This document shows, piece after piece, positions 8,311 to 16,850 of a stretch of DNA of 32,000 nt; the first letter of the stretch is position 1, and each line of letters opens with the position of its first letter. Origin of the DNA: Candidatus Brocadiia bacterium JP1 (lineage in GTDB: Bacteria; Planctomycetota; Brocadiia; Brocadiales; Bathyanammoxibiaceae); NCBI GenBank assembly GCA_051388875.1, contig JBMFFR010000001.1, positions 58,876 to 90,875 of the forward strand, written 5' to 3'. The position numbers were made by a program, and so were the translations under genes. Under the pieces are notes generated by a model. That model saw only the letters and a program-made list of their open reading frames with translations, made no database searches and was not told where the DNA came from.

Positions 8311-9174
8311 TTAGCCCTTTGACATATACTTCCCAATTATTAGCCCCAATTCTTTTTTTCTTTCCTCTGGGATGGCCTCTTGCCTTGTTACAATAGCCTC
8401 TTTGAGGGCCGTGGAACAAGGGCAGCTACGCTCTTTGGGTAGTTCGGTTAAGGCCACCTTGATAATCTTTTTGGCGTTTTCCACATTCTTTCTGAGGTTT
8501 GCCATAACTAATTCCGCAGTGACCACTTCCTCTGTCAGATGCCAGCAATCGTAATCCGTAGATAGGGCAAGTGTGGCGTAACATATCTCTGCCTCCCTGG
8601 CTAGCTTTGCCTCCTGGAGGTTTGTCATACCAATTATTGATGCGTTTAACTGGCGGTAAAGCAGTGATTCGGCCCTGGTAGAGAATTGAGGACCTTCAAT
8701 ACAGATATACGTACCCCCTTTATGAACCCTTACCCCAAGATGTTTAGTGGCCCTGTGGAGAGCCTCTGCCACATTAGCACAGACCGGGTCAGCCATGCTT
8801 ACGTGCGCCACTAGCCCATTGCCGAAGAAGCTGTCCTGACGGGCCTTAGTGCGGTCTAAGAATTGGTCAGGGATGACAATATCCAGTGGCCTTATCTCTT
8901 CCCTCATGCTTCCTACTGCGCTAACTGCGATAATTTGTTCTACCCCCAGGTTTTTCATCCCGTAGATATTGGCCCTGAAAGGGAGTTGGCTGGGCAGTAT
9001 GGTATGCCCGGTACCATGTCTGGGGAGGAATACCACCTCCCTTCCCGATAGCTTGCCGACGGTGAAGGCATCGGATGGTTTCCCGAAGGGAGTATCTACT
9101 TCTATCTTCTGGACGTCCTTAATCCCCTCTATATCGTAAAGTCCACTGCCACCAATGATGCCTATTTTGCTCAT
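8311..9174 (-). CDS. mtnP: S-methyl-5'-thioadenosine phosphorylase
   Basis: The 287-aa ORF contains IGIIGGSGLYD, TPFGKPSD, VFLPRHGTGH, GMTNLQEAKLAREAEICYA and the rest of the typical MTAP/PNP-family layout. Confidence 0.85.
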   Translation of the reverse strand: MSKIGIIGGSGLYDIEGIKDVQKIEVDTPFGKPSDAFTVGKLSGREVVFLPRHGTGHTILPSQLPFRANIYGMKNLGVEQIIAVSAVGSMREEIRPLDIVIPDQFLDRTKARQDSFFGNGLVAHVSMADPVCANVAEALHRATKHLGVRVHKGGTYICIEGPQFSTRAESLLYRQLNASIIGMTNLQEAKLAREAEICYATLALSTDYDCWHLTEEVVTAELVMANLRKNVENAKKIIKVALTELPKERSCPCSTALKEAIVTRQEAIPEERKKELGLIIGKYMSKG

Positions 9175-9217
9175 GAATTGTTTCCTGTTTGTAGGAGTTG
9201 GGTTTTAAAGAGCCTAC

Positions 9218-9246
9218 TTTATATGTTATTTCCCTGTCAAAATCAA
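9218..9246 (-). promoter_or_regulatory. Candidate sigma70-type promoter for mtnP
   Basis: The minus strand reads TTGATT (9246..9241), a 17-nt spacer, then TATAAA (9223..9218). This lies about 45 nt upstream of the mtnP ATG. An agga element sits 9 nt before the ATG. Confidence 0.4.
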
Positions 9247-9544
9247 CAGCTAATCCAGAACTTGGTAGGAAAGGCCCAATACGATATTACAGTAAGGTCC
9301 GCCTTTAATGAATTGTCATGTAGAAGCTTGAGGATGATAGATTAGATATCTGTGGCATCACCCTCTGCCTCTTGTTGGAGAGGTCTTTTTATGGGAATCT
9401 TAGGACACCCCATTTGTAGTTTATTAGAGACCTCTGATGTGTATGTTCAGCCGTTTTCAAGGGGGGAAATAAAAAAGAAAGAAACATCAATTGGCAAAGG
9501 GTAGGAGAAAATTTGGAAATTCTAATAAGCAGATGTAGACGTGA

Positions 9545-10648
9545 CTATTGGGCTATAAGGGACGCAGTTATGTTATTTGTCTCGTCACTCTCCCCGACAA
9601 CGCTTGTAGAGTCTACAAATCCTATCAGGTATGTACCCTTCTTTTTTGTCCAGACGGATAACGTGGTGGAACTACCAGCAGCAAGCCCACTTATCTCAAA
9701 AATTTTTATGGAAGTATCATCCCCGCTTAATACTGCGTCACTTGAGAGATATACTCTCGCATAAAAAGTGCTTGAAATACCTTTTGTTCCAATATTGCTA
9801 ACTTTTAATTTGCCTTTTGTATTGTTACTGTTTTTCGTTGCCTCAATCCACTCACCAGTGAGGTCAGGAAGGGTGTTACATACCGATGCCCCTGCACAGT
9901 CCTGGTCGTTACAGTCCACAAACCCGTCGCAATCGTTGTCCTTGAAGTCATTGCAGACTTCTATAGCACCGGGATAAATGGCTGCATCGGTATCGTTGCA
10001 ATCAACAGGATTGCCACAGGCAGAGGAAGTGAAATATCCGTCCAAATCGGCATCAACGCAGATGGTTGACCCGTATATGGCCATTAAACCATTAATATCA
10101 TCAGTTGTTAAGGTTCTCCTTTTGGTTGCAGAGCTTAGGGATGGTTGCATAACCGCAGGAGAATTAGAGTGGTCAAGCCCCAGGACGTGCCCTAACTCGT
10201 GTAAGGCAACACTTTCCACATCATACGAGCCGCTGGGGATGTTGTCCCCCGTTGCCCATTGATACCTGTCGTTTATTACAATATCTGCCTCAAGTATGCT
10301 CCCTTTGCTAATCCACCTGGTTGTCGTCGCAAGTGCAAAATCGTCATTACGTTGCTCCCATCTAATTTGGTTAATACCGTTGTAGCTAGGTGCAGCACTA
10401 TCTGAGTTTCCACCACAGGCAAATGTAAATTTTGCGCCGGCGTTATTCCATGTAGTCATTGCATTGAGTACTGCGTTTAGTGCGTCAGCAGTATCGGATG
10501 TGTTATCCCAAACAAGGACGGACTCTCCCATCGGGTCAGGCTGGTAGTTCCAGTCACTCCCGCTGAGGGTGTAAGCCAGTAACGTAGAGCTGCAAAAAAT
10601 TAACGATAAAAAGGGCGCGCAAACCGTTAGAATGGTTTTAGTTTTCAT
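9545..10648 (-). CDS. Secreted matrixin-like zinc metalloprotease with a Cys/Asp-rich repeat region and a C-terminal CARDB-like domain
   Basis: The N-terminus looks like a signal peptide (MKTKTILTVCAPFLSLIFCSSTLLA). The metzincin motif HELGHVLGLDHS is followed by a Met-turn (AVMQP). The Cys/Asp-rich region reads CVDADLDGY...CNDTDAAIYPGAIEVCNDFKDNDCDGFVDCNDQDC. The C-terminus (LKVSNIGTKG...GTYLIGFVDSTSVVGESDETNN) follows the CARDB pattern. Confidence 0.75.
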   Translation of the reverse strand: MKTKTILTVCAPFLSLIFCSSTLLAYTLSGSDWNYQPDPMGESVLVWDNTSDTADALNAVLNAMTTWNNAGAKFTFACGGNSDSAAPSYNGINQIRWEQRNDDFALATTTRWISKGSILEADIVINDRYQWATGDNIPSGSYDVESVALHELGHVLGLDHSNSPAVMQPSLSSATKRRTLTTDDINGLMAIYGSTICVDADLDGYFTSSACGNPVDCNDTDAAIYPGAIEVCNDFKDNDCDGFVDCNDQDCAGASVCNTLPDLTGEWIEATKNSNNTKGKLKVSNIGTKGISSTFYARVYLSSDAVLSGDDTSIKIFEISGLAAGSSTTLSVWTKKKGTYLIGFVDSTSVVGESDETNNITASLIAQ

Positions 10649-10678
10649 AATTTTGTCCCTTAAAGCTAAATACTGAAA

Positions 10679-11173
10679 TTAGTTGCGGATAATTTCTTCA
10701 ATAAAACTGTCTACGGAAACACCTTTTCCCACAACCTTTTCATCGCTTATCGTAAACTTCCCCTGATACATACCCACCACCTTGAAGTAGGATAGAGCGC
10801 TCTTCTTTAGGAATAGGATTACATCTTCCTTCTCATTGAAAGCCACATCATTAGAGCCGACCTGGGTTATGTCACCCACTGTACCTCCGGGGGTTTTTAT
10901 AGTAACGACCTTTCCCTCTACACCTTGGTTCTTTATCCACCTGGACACCTTTACCTCCACGAAGGTCCATATGAAAGTCCTATCCTCGTTCCACTCGCTC
11001 CTAACTGTTAGCACCTTAGCCCTTACTACTGCGTCTGCACTTTGTTTCAATTCTGACAGTTCCGCTTTTCTCATGAGGGCAAAGACTTCTTGTCTGGTAG
11101 GAAGACAGATTGTGGCAATGCCCAAGAAAATACTCACTATCCCAACCCAATTGAAATAAGTACTGACGCCCAT
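10679..11173 (-). CDS. Hypothetical membrane-anchored protein, probably co-transcribed with the metalloprotease
   Basis: I prefer the ATG at 11173 over the track start at 11212 because aaggagg lies 7 nt upstream of it. The N-terminal TM segment reads FNWVGIVSIFLGIATICL, and the rest is beta-rich with no motif I recognise. A 30-nt gap separates it from the downstream protease gene. Confidence 0.6.
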   Translation of the reverse strand: MGVSTYFNWVGIVSIFLGIATICLPTRQEVFALMRKAELSELKQSADAVVRAKVLTVRSEWNEDRTFIWTFVEVKVSRWIKNQGVEGKVVTIKTPGGTVGDITQVGSNDVAFNEKEDVILFLKKSALSYFKVVGMYQGKFTISDEKVVGKGVSVDSFIEEIIRN

Positions 11174-11679
11174 TTTTCTGCCTCCTTTGGAATGCCTGGT
11201 TTTTTCAGCCACATTAGTATCCTAATGTGGTATCTTTTCTAGATTAGTAGGGAGCAATTGAGATACCAACCACTCTCAATATTTTCCCCGTTCCGTTTAT
11301 TAGAAGTTATGTGGTTAAAGGAGTGAGGCTTACGAGATAAGAGAAGATCTATTCAGGTAAGATATGTGGAAAAGAGGATAGTAATCCTTTATGGAATTTT
11401 TCAGATAATTAATGAATCTACACTATGGAATTAATTCAATAGTACTAAGTTCTTATAACCGGCAGGCGAAGGTGGAGGGGGAACGGTGGGTGTATATAGG
11501 CTTTTTATTCCAATAACCCTCAAAATTACATTCATTCATTAATCTTTAGAGCGCCATGGACCATTTTATATGGCATGTAGGAGTAAGACAGGCTTCAGTG
11601 AAAAAAAGTCTTATACTTTTTTAATAAATTTAATGTTATAATTATGTCAATAAAGAAACAAAGTTTTATATAATTTTAA

Positions 11680-11708
11680 TTGACTTCTTTATAATAACTT
11701 CGTAAAAT
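11680..11708 (+). promoter_or_regulatory. Candidate sigma70-type promoter
   Basis: The sequence reads TTGACT (11680..11685), a 17-nt spacer, then TAAAAT (11703..11708). It sits in an AT-rich 570-bp intergenic region, about 75 nt upstream of ORF 11782. Confidence 0.5.
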
Positions 11709-11781
11709 ATTTGTTCTATTCATTATTGAGAAAAACACTAGAGCGTATTGCTTAAGATAAGGTGTTGAAAGGACATGTAAG

Positions 11782-13011
11782 TTGACAGGTGTATCTGCTT
11801 ATATACAAAATAGAGCCTTATATACAAATGCCGTAACTCATATTAAGAGAAGGACGACTTACGCCAATAAGAAGGTGACCAGAGAAGAGATGGGTCGTCT
11901 GGTGGAGAAGGCCTCAGAATGTTTAAGGGATAATGAGACCTACCGCTGGAATGCTGATATAAATGGTGTAATAGTCCAGTTACAAACTAACTCCTTACAT
12001 CAGTATGACTTCTGGGTAGAGAACTGGTTTCCATCTCCCTTTGATGAAACTCCAGATGCGGTAATATATTCGGTGTTGGGCGTCCCTGGAAGGGATTCCG
12101 AGGCCCACTTCTGCAAGGCTACTAAGACCATAGTTTTCTTTAACACAGACTACTACGGACAATGTAAGAGTTGGGCCTTGGGGCTTGCCGACTGTGTACT
12201 GAGAAATAAGGGCATTCATTCCATTCATGGCTCATGTGTGGACATGCAAGGGGTGGGCATCCTAATGATTGCTCCCACTGGAACTGGCAAGAGTACACAT
12301 TCCTATAAACTCCTAGATCTGCCCGAAAGTAATGTACATTCAGATGACTGGGTTTACGTTGATTACGCTGAAGAGAATGGGAAGGTGATGGATGCAAGGG
12401 CTGCCATCTCGGAAAGGAATTTCTACCTGAGAACTGATATAGCAAAAGAAATCCCTCGCCTGAGAGAGTTGTTTAAACGTTGTAAGACAGAGAACGTGAT
12501 AACCCGCAGGGAAGACTGTGAGCGTACATCTTCTATGGACAATGCCAAAATGGGAAAATTTAGATGCGGCTTTGACGAAGGGGATGACTGTTGTCTCTGG
12601 TGTTTCCCTAATAGCCGGGCAATGCTAGACCCCACCTGGGTAGTAGGCAGGGATAGATTTGTTAAGGTAACCAACATAAGGCATGTAATATTTCTCACCA
12701 GGGATGATGCCATGCCGCAGACGAAGAAACTGGATGAGGATGAGACTGTCAAGATTCTTAAGGAAGGGCGGTTTATGGTACTTCCAGGGGCAGGTCCCAG
12801 GTCTGAATGGGGTAAGATGAGAAACGAACCATGGTTTAATCCCTATTTACTGGACCCTGATGACGAGTTTCAGGAAAACTCTTTCAGGAAGCTCTGTCAA
12901 GTCGCGGATTCTTACATGGTAAACACAGCCAAGGGTTCTGTTGAGGAGAATCAGGAGATTATCCGCAGTATCGCCCTTAGCAAGGAGCTTTGTATCCCAC
13001 AACCATGCTAG
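11782..13011 (+). CDS. HPr-kinase / PEP-carboxykinase-like P-loop protein with a Cys-rich insert; function unknown
   Basis: The segment IHGSCVDMQGVGILMIAPTGTGKSTHSYKLL...HSDDWVYV resembles the HprK C-terminal / PEPCK kinase-1a P-loop followed by its acidic motif. A Cys cluster reads CERTSS...FRCGFDEGDDCCLWCF. The start is uncertain, either TTG at 11782 or ATG at 11890 (Met37). Confidence 0.55.
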   Translation: MTGVSAYIQNRALYTNAVTHIKRRTTYANKKVTREEMGRLVEKASECLRDNETYRWNADINGVIVQLQTNSLHQYDFWVENWFPSPFDETPDAVIYSVLGVPGRDSEAHFCKATKTIVFFNTDYYGQCKSWALGLADCVLRNKGIHSIHGSCVDMQGVGILMIAPTGTGKSTHSYKLLDLPESNVHSDDWVYVDYAEENGKVMDARAAISERNFYLRTDIAKEIPRLRELFKRCKTENVITRREDCERTSSMDNAKMGKFRCGFDEGDDCCLWCFPNSRAMLDPTWVVGRDRFVKVTNIRHVIFLTRDDAMPQTKKLDEDETVKILKEGRFMVLPGAGPRSEWGKMRNEPWFNPYLLDPDDEFQENSFRKLCQVADSYMVNTAKGSVEENQEIIRSIALSKELCIPQPC

Positions 13012-13829
13012 GGGACGCAAGGCTCATTAATTACTACGAAGTTTTACAGGTTCATGAAGGGGCTGACCCGGAGGAAATAAAGCGTTCCTTCAGAAAGCTG
13101 GTAAAAGAATACCATCCTGACCAGAATGGTAATCAGCCCTGGGCAGCAGATAAAGTCAAGTTGCTTATACAAGCCTACAAGACTTTGAGTGATAACTCTT
13201 GTAGGAAGCTTTACGATAAATTGCTTAATTTAAGGAGAAATGGTGTAAGTGTGACTCTAGGAAGGTATCAAAACAACATCCATACACAAGTCAGGAATGT
13301 GCTGTTGGACCTCCTTGATGGTAAAGGTGGTATCGCCCTTGAGAGTTACGAGAAACTGAGACAAACCGTACAGGGCTTCCACCTCCTGAATTACTTTACG
13401 TTTAAGGATTACATTGACTGCGTCTTCTTGCTTGCTGAGGAATATGAAAGGCAGAAGAAGTATACAATCGCTTTAGAATTCTACGAAGAGGCTTATGACC
13501 AGCTCTTGGAGAAATCCAGGAGGCAATACCTCTTTGATGAGATTAAAGACAGGATACAAAGGATATACTGCCGAGTATTGGCAAGACGTGCAGAACCAAA
13601 GGAGGCTATTCTTTACTATGAAAAGGCTTTGGAGTTAGACCTTGGTCGGGCGGAAAGGGCCTTTGTACACAAAAAGATAGCCGAATGCCATTTTAAACAA
13701 GGAGATCTTTATTCAGCATCGGGACATCTTAACCTCGCACTTTCCTTGAAGCCTAATCTAAGGGGAGTTCATAGACTCCTTGCCTGGCTTAACCGAACCC
13801 CTCAGCGCAGCAATAGAGTGGTTAAGTGA
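13005..13829 (+). CDS. J-domain protein with C-terminal TPR-like repeats
   Basis: The J domain reads YYEVLQVHEGADPEEIKRSFRKLVKEYHPDQN...QAYKTLSD. The TPR-like helices read AILYYEKALELDLGRAERAFVHKKIAECHFKQGDLYSASGHLNLALSLKPN. The ATG at 13005 overlaps the upstream stop (13009..13011), and the track start at 12990 is a TTG. Confidence 0.75.
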   Translation: MLGDARLINYYEVLQVHEGADPEEIKRSFRKLVKEYHPDQNGNQPWAADKVKLLIQAYKTLSDNSCRKLYDKLLNLRRNGVSVTLGRYQNNIHTQVRNVLLDLLDGKGGIALESYEKLRQTVQGFHLLNYFTFKDYIDCVFLLAEEYERQKKYTIALEFYEEAYDQLLEKSRRQYLFDEIKDRIQRIYCRVLARRAEPKEAILYYEKALELDLGRAERAFVHKKIAECHFKQGDLYSASGHLNLALSLKPNLRGVHRLLAWLNRTPQRSNRVVK

Positions 13830-14725
13830 AGATTAATCACGGTGTCCTACATGAAAGCCATCTCCCTATACCACTTCTCAAAAGGGGGAAGGTCAGAGAT
13901 ATATATGAGCTAGGGCAAGACCTGCTCATTATTGCCAGCGATAGGATATCCGTATTTGATGTCGTACTTCCCACCCCTATCCCCTGTAAGGGAAAGATAC
14001 TCACTGCCCTTTCGGAGTTCTGGTTTAGGAAATTAGAATCACTTGCCCCTTCCCACCTGATCACTACTGATGTTAAGGAGATGGGTAGAGAGGTACAGTC
14101 CTTTGATGACATAATTCATGGGCGTTCAATGCTGGTCAAGAAAGCAGAGCCTATTCCGGTAGAGTGTGTAGTTAGGGGGTATCTCTCGGGTTCGGCCTGG
14201 AAAGAGTACGAGGCTACTGGAAGATGCCAGGACGTCCAGCTTCCACCTGGTCTTAACGAGTCTGACAAACTTCCAGAACCAATATTCACCCCGGCCACCA
14301 AGGCTGCCTTTGGCCACGACGAGAACATCCCTTACAGTAAAGTAGAAGAAATGGTCGGTAAAAAACTCGCTAAAGAGCTTAAAGAAAGGAGCATTAAGCT
14401 CTTTCTTGAGGCTAGTAGTTACGCCTTGGGAAAAGGAATCATCATCGCGGATGCCAAACTGGAATGGGGAATAGCAGACAAGGAGCTTATAGTTATTGAT
14501 GAGGTCTTTACCCCAGATAGTTCCCGTTTTTGGCCACTGGAAGATTATAAACCGGGTAAGCCCCAGGCCTCTTTTGATAAACAATATGTGCGGGACTTTG
14601 TGGAACAGATAGGTTGGGATAAAAATCCCCCTGCCCCTTTCCTGCCCAAAGAAGTTGTACACAAGACCACGGAAAAGTATCTAGAGGCTTACCGCAGGCT
14701 AACGGGTAAAGACCTGTCACTTTAG
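13826..14725 (+). CDS. purC: Phosphoribosylaminoimidazole-succinocarboxamide (SAICAR) synthase
   Basis: The 299-aa ORF contains RGKVRDIYE, ASDRISVFD, VRGYLSGSAW, FTPATKA and IIADAKLEWG, the layout of the long PurC type. Its GTG start overlaps the upstream stop as GTGA. Confidence 0.85.
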   Translation: MKINHGVLHESHLPIPLLKRGKVRDIYELGQDLLIIASDRISVFDVVLPTPIPCKGKILTALSEFWFRKLESLAPSHLITTDVKEMGREVQSFDDIIHGRSMLVKKAEPIPVECVVRGYLSGSAWKEYEATGRCQDVQLPPGLNESDKLPEPIFTPATKAAFGHDENIPYSKVEEMVGKKLAKELKERSIKLFLEASSYALGKGIIIADAKLEWGIADKELIVIDEVFTPDSSRFWPLEDYKPGKPQASFDKQYVRDFVEQIGWDKNPPAPFLPKEVVHKTTEKYLEAYRRLTGKDLSL

Positions 14726-14734
14726 TACCTTTCT

Positions 14735-15901
14735 ATGGGTTGCCCCCATGCTGTCCTAAAGAAGTTAGAATCTCTCAATACAACCCTGATAACCACGTCG
14801 GGACTGCCCGCTGAAGAAATAACGATAGTGCTAGAAAGAGCAGGGAAACTTTTACACAAAAGTTACATGATAAAGGGGGTGCAGTCCTTAGTAAAAAACA
14901 TAATAAAAAGCAAAGGGGATAGGAACCTACTCCTGAATCATCTGGTTCATCTTAATCTTGTTTATCACCTACTAGAAGTCAAGAACAAGGCGGTGGGGGT
15001 AGAGAGAAAGGTAAGGCCAGACAGTAATAAACGCGTAGATATAATGGTCTTCGGGGAAAAAGATCTTTATATAGAGATAAAGAATGTAAATGAACCAGAG
15101 CTAGTGATCTTGAAGGATGATTTTGCGGATAAGATTCGCCTGCCGCTTAGCAGAATAAATTACCCTTATTTTATTCATTTCAGATTCTTTAGACCTCAAA
15201 TGCCGAAGCTTTCCCAGGAAAACTTCCAGCCACTGGTGGAGAGGATAAAGGAGGAACTGGAAAAAGAAGGTGGACAGGGCTGGATAGCTTACCCTTCACA
15301 GAAGTCTGCCTCGCTGAGTTTTTCACTGGAGAAATCCCCACTTCCCTTTTGTAGCCTGGGACGCTATGGGTTTGGAGAGAGATGGCCCTACTGCCTCTAT
15401 TCTGAAGAATACCTGGAGAACCTGTTGGAGAAGGAAACAAAGGCCTCGGTAAAATCCATTCAGGACGACATGACCAGGACCGTGCACGAGCGTAATATTA
15501 GAAGATATAAATTTCTAAAGGATAACAGTGACTCTCTCGTAGAATTGGAATTGAAGCATAGTGTACTCAGGGGCATCAAAGACTCTGAGCTAAAATTCCC
15601 TACACCTTCAGCGCAAGCCTTAAACGTTATAGCCCTCCATTTTAGCGGACAGCAACCGCCAACCATGGCTGATATAGTAGCAGATGACCTTGTACGATGG
15701 TACTACTCATCAGAAGAAGGCAGAAACAGAGACAAATTGTGGGAGTATTACGAGCTTTGGGCAGAAGAAGAGAGATTTCACAGACTAGGAAAAATAGACG
15801 CCTTCGTGAGCCTATCAGGCAAGGGGATAAAAGGGCCTTACTCGTGGAAGATTATTTATGCCAGGTGGGGTAAAAAAGAATTAGAAGAAATTCTGCCCTG
15901 A
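14735..15901 (+). CDS. Hypothetical protein with a possible PD-(D/E)xK nuclease-like core
   Basis: The 388-aa ORF has coding-like composition. Its only recognisable element is RVDIMVFGEKDLYIEIKNV, a D-x11-E-x-K pattern within alternating hydrophobic strands. Confidence 0.5.
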   Translation: MGCPHAVLKKLESLNTTLITTSGLPAEEITIVLERAGKLLHKSYMIKGVQSLVKNIIKSKGDRNLLLNHLVHLNLVYHLLEVKNKAVGVERKVRPDSNKRVDIMVFGEKDLYIEIKNVNEPELVILKDDFADKIRLPLSRINYPYFIHFRFFRPQMPKLSQENFQPLVERIKEELEKEGGQGWIAYPSQKSASLSFSLEKSPLPFCSLGRYGFGERWPYCLYSEEYLENLLEKETKASVKSIQDDMTRTVHERNIRRYKFLKDNSDSLVELELKHSVLRGIKDSELKFPTPSAQALNVIALHFSGQQPPTMADIVADDLVRWYYSSEEGRNRDKLWEYYELWAEEERFHRLGKIDAFVSLSGKGIKGPYSWKIIYARWGKKELEEILP

Positions 15902-15920
15902 CCCAGAGTACTGTTCACTG

Positions 15921-16565
15921 CTAGCGGTGCCTGCTTACCCCTACTTTCTGACAATACCTTTCTACTGGGCAAATACTACACCTGGGGGATATTGGAGTAC
16001 ATATATTCTGTCCGTGTATAACCAGAAGTTCGTTAATGATGTTCCAGTAGTGCGTGGGGAGTTTCTCTCTTAGGGCAAATTCGGTCTCTCTTGGATTTCT
16101 AGTGCTGATATAACCCAAGCGGTTTATAACCCTATGGACGTGAGTATCCACACAGATGCCAGGTTTACTGAACCCCATTGTTACCACCAGATTGGCCGTC
16201 TTCCTGCCCACCCCGTTTAGCTTGAGCAGTTCTTCAAGAGTATCAGGCACCCTGCCCCGATACTCTTTTAGGAGCACCCGGGAGATCTCCTTAATCCGAT
16301 GGGCCTTCGTTCTATAAAAGCCCACAGGGTAAATAGCTTTCTCTATATCTGATGCAGATAGAGAGGCCATTTCTCCTGGGCTTTCTGCTAACTTAAATAG
16401 CCTCGCAGAGGCCTCGGCAGTAACTGGGTCTTTGGTTCGTAGGCTGAGGAGGCAGGATATCAACACCTTAAAGGGGTCTCTACTAGCGGCTACTACACTT
16501 ACAGCAGGTCTAGTGTATTTCTTATTCTCCTGCTCTAAGATAGTAAGCACTTGTGAAATATCCAT
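15921..16565 (-). CDS. nth: Endonuclease III (DNA glycosylase/AP lyase)
   Basis: The ORF contains LLSLRTKD, the helix-hairpin-helix segment LNGVGRKTANLV, DTHVHRV and the C-terminal 4Fe-4S ligand pattern CTPISPRCSICPVERYC. Confidence 0.9.
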   Translation of the reverse strand: MDISQVLTILEQENKKYTRPAVSVVAASRDPFKVLISCLLSLRTKDPVTAEASARLFKLAESPGEMASLSASDIEKAIYPVGFYRTKAHRIKEISRVLLKEYRGRVPDTLEELLKLNGVGRKTANLVVTMGFSKPGICVDTHVHRVINRLGYISTRNPRETEFALREKLPTHYWNIINELLVIHGQNICTPISPRCSICPVERYCQKVGVSRHR

Positions 16566-16635
16566 GGACTCAGGTTCTCAGAGGGCTTGCGGAAAAGAAA
16601 AAGACCTAATTTAAGATGGGGGAAGGTTGAGAGAG

Positions 16636-16662
16636 CCCACCTCTTCTTAAAGAAGAGGTGGG
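16636..16662. repeat. Near-perfect 27-nt palindrome (13-nt arms) forming a strong hairpin
   Basis: The sequence cccacctcttctt a aagaagaggtggg has exactly reverse-complementary arms. It overlaps the stop of small ORF 16647..16850 and lies about 70 nt upstream of the nth start. Neither strand has a flanking U-tract. Confidence 0.6.
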
Positions 16663-16850
16663 TTGGGAAGGCCATTACAGGCGTCTTCTTTTAGGTCTTT
16701 ATCCAATTCGAACTCAATCTCTTTCCGAGGCTCCAAGACCAGTTTCTTATAGCGTTCTTTTATTAACGCTAGTCTTTCTAGTTTTCGCTTATTGGCCCAC
16801 TCTTCTATTTTAGGCTTAACTATCATCTTACCTACCTCAACGACGAGCAT
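16647..16850 (-). CDS. Small Lys/Glu-rich hypothetical protein (67 aa)
   Basis: The ORF reads MLVVEVGKMIVKPKIEEWANKRKLERLALIKERYKKLVLEPRKEIEFELDKDLKED..., a charged helical composition. An aaagga element sits about 10 nt upstream of the ATG. I recognise no homology. Confidence 0.35.
   Translation of the reverse strand: MLVVEVGKMIVKPKIEEWANKRKLERLALIKERYKKLVLEPRKEIEFELDKDLKEDACNGLPNPPLL

Noticed and set aside
8183-8419. 78-aa minus-strand ORF bridging the acsA-mtnP gap
   Set aside because: It overlaps the 3' end of mtnP in another frame and the 5' end of acsA. It has no RBS or motif and is most likely spurious.
9368-9390. Terminator-like hairpin cctct-tgttgg-agagg followed by tcttttt on the plus strand, in the 370-bp mtnP/metalloprotease gap
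   Set aside because: The stem is only 5 bp, and no plus-strand gene or promoter lies upstream for it to terminate. It is too weak to call as a terminator or sRNA end without expression data.
14126-14662. 178-aa minus-strand ORF, together with 13837..14112, 14116..14328 and 14508..14720
   Set aside because: These are antisense shadows of purC. The purC frame carries the conserved SAICAR synthase blocks.
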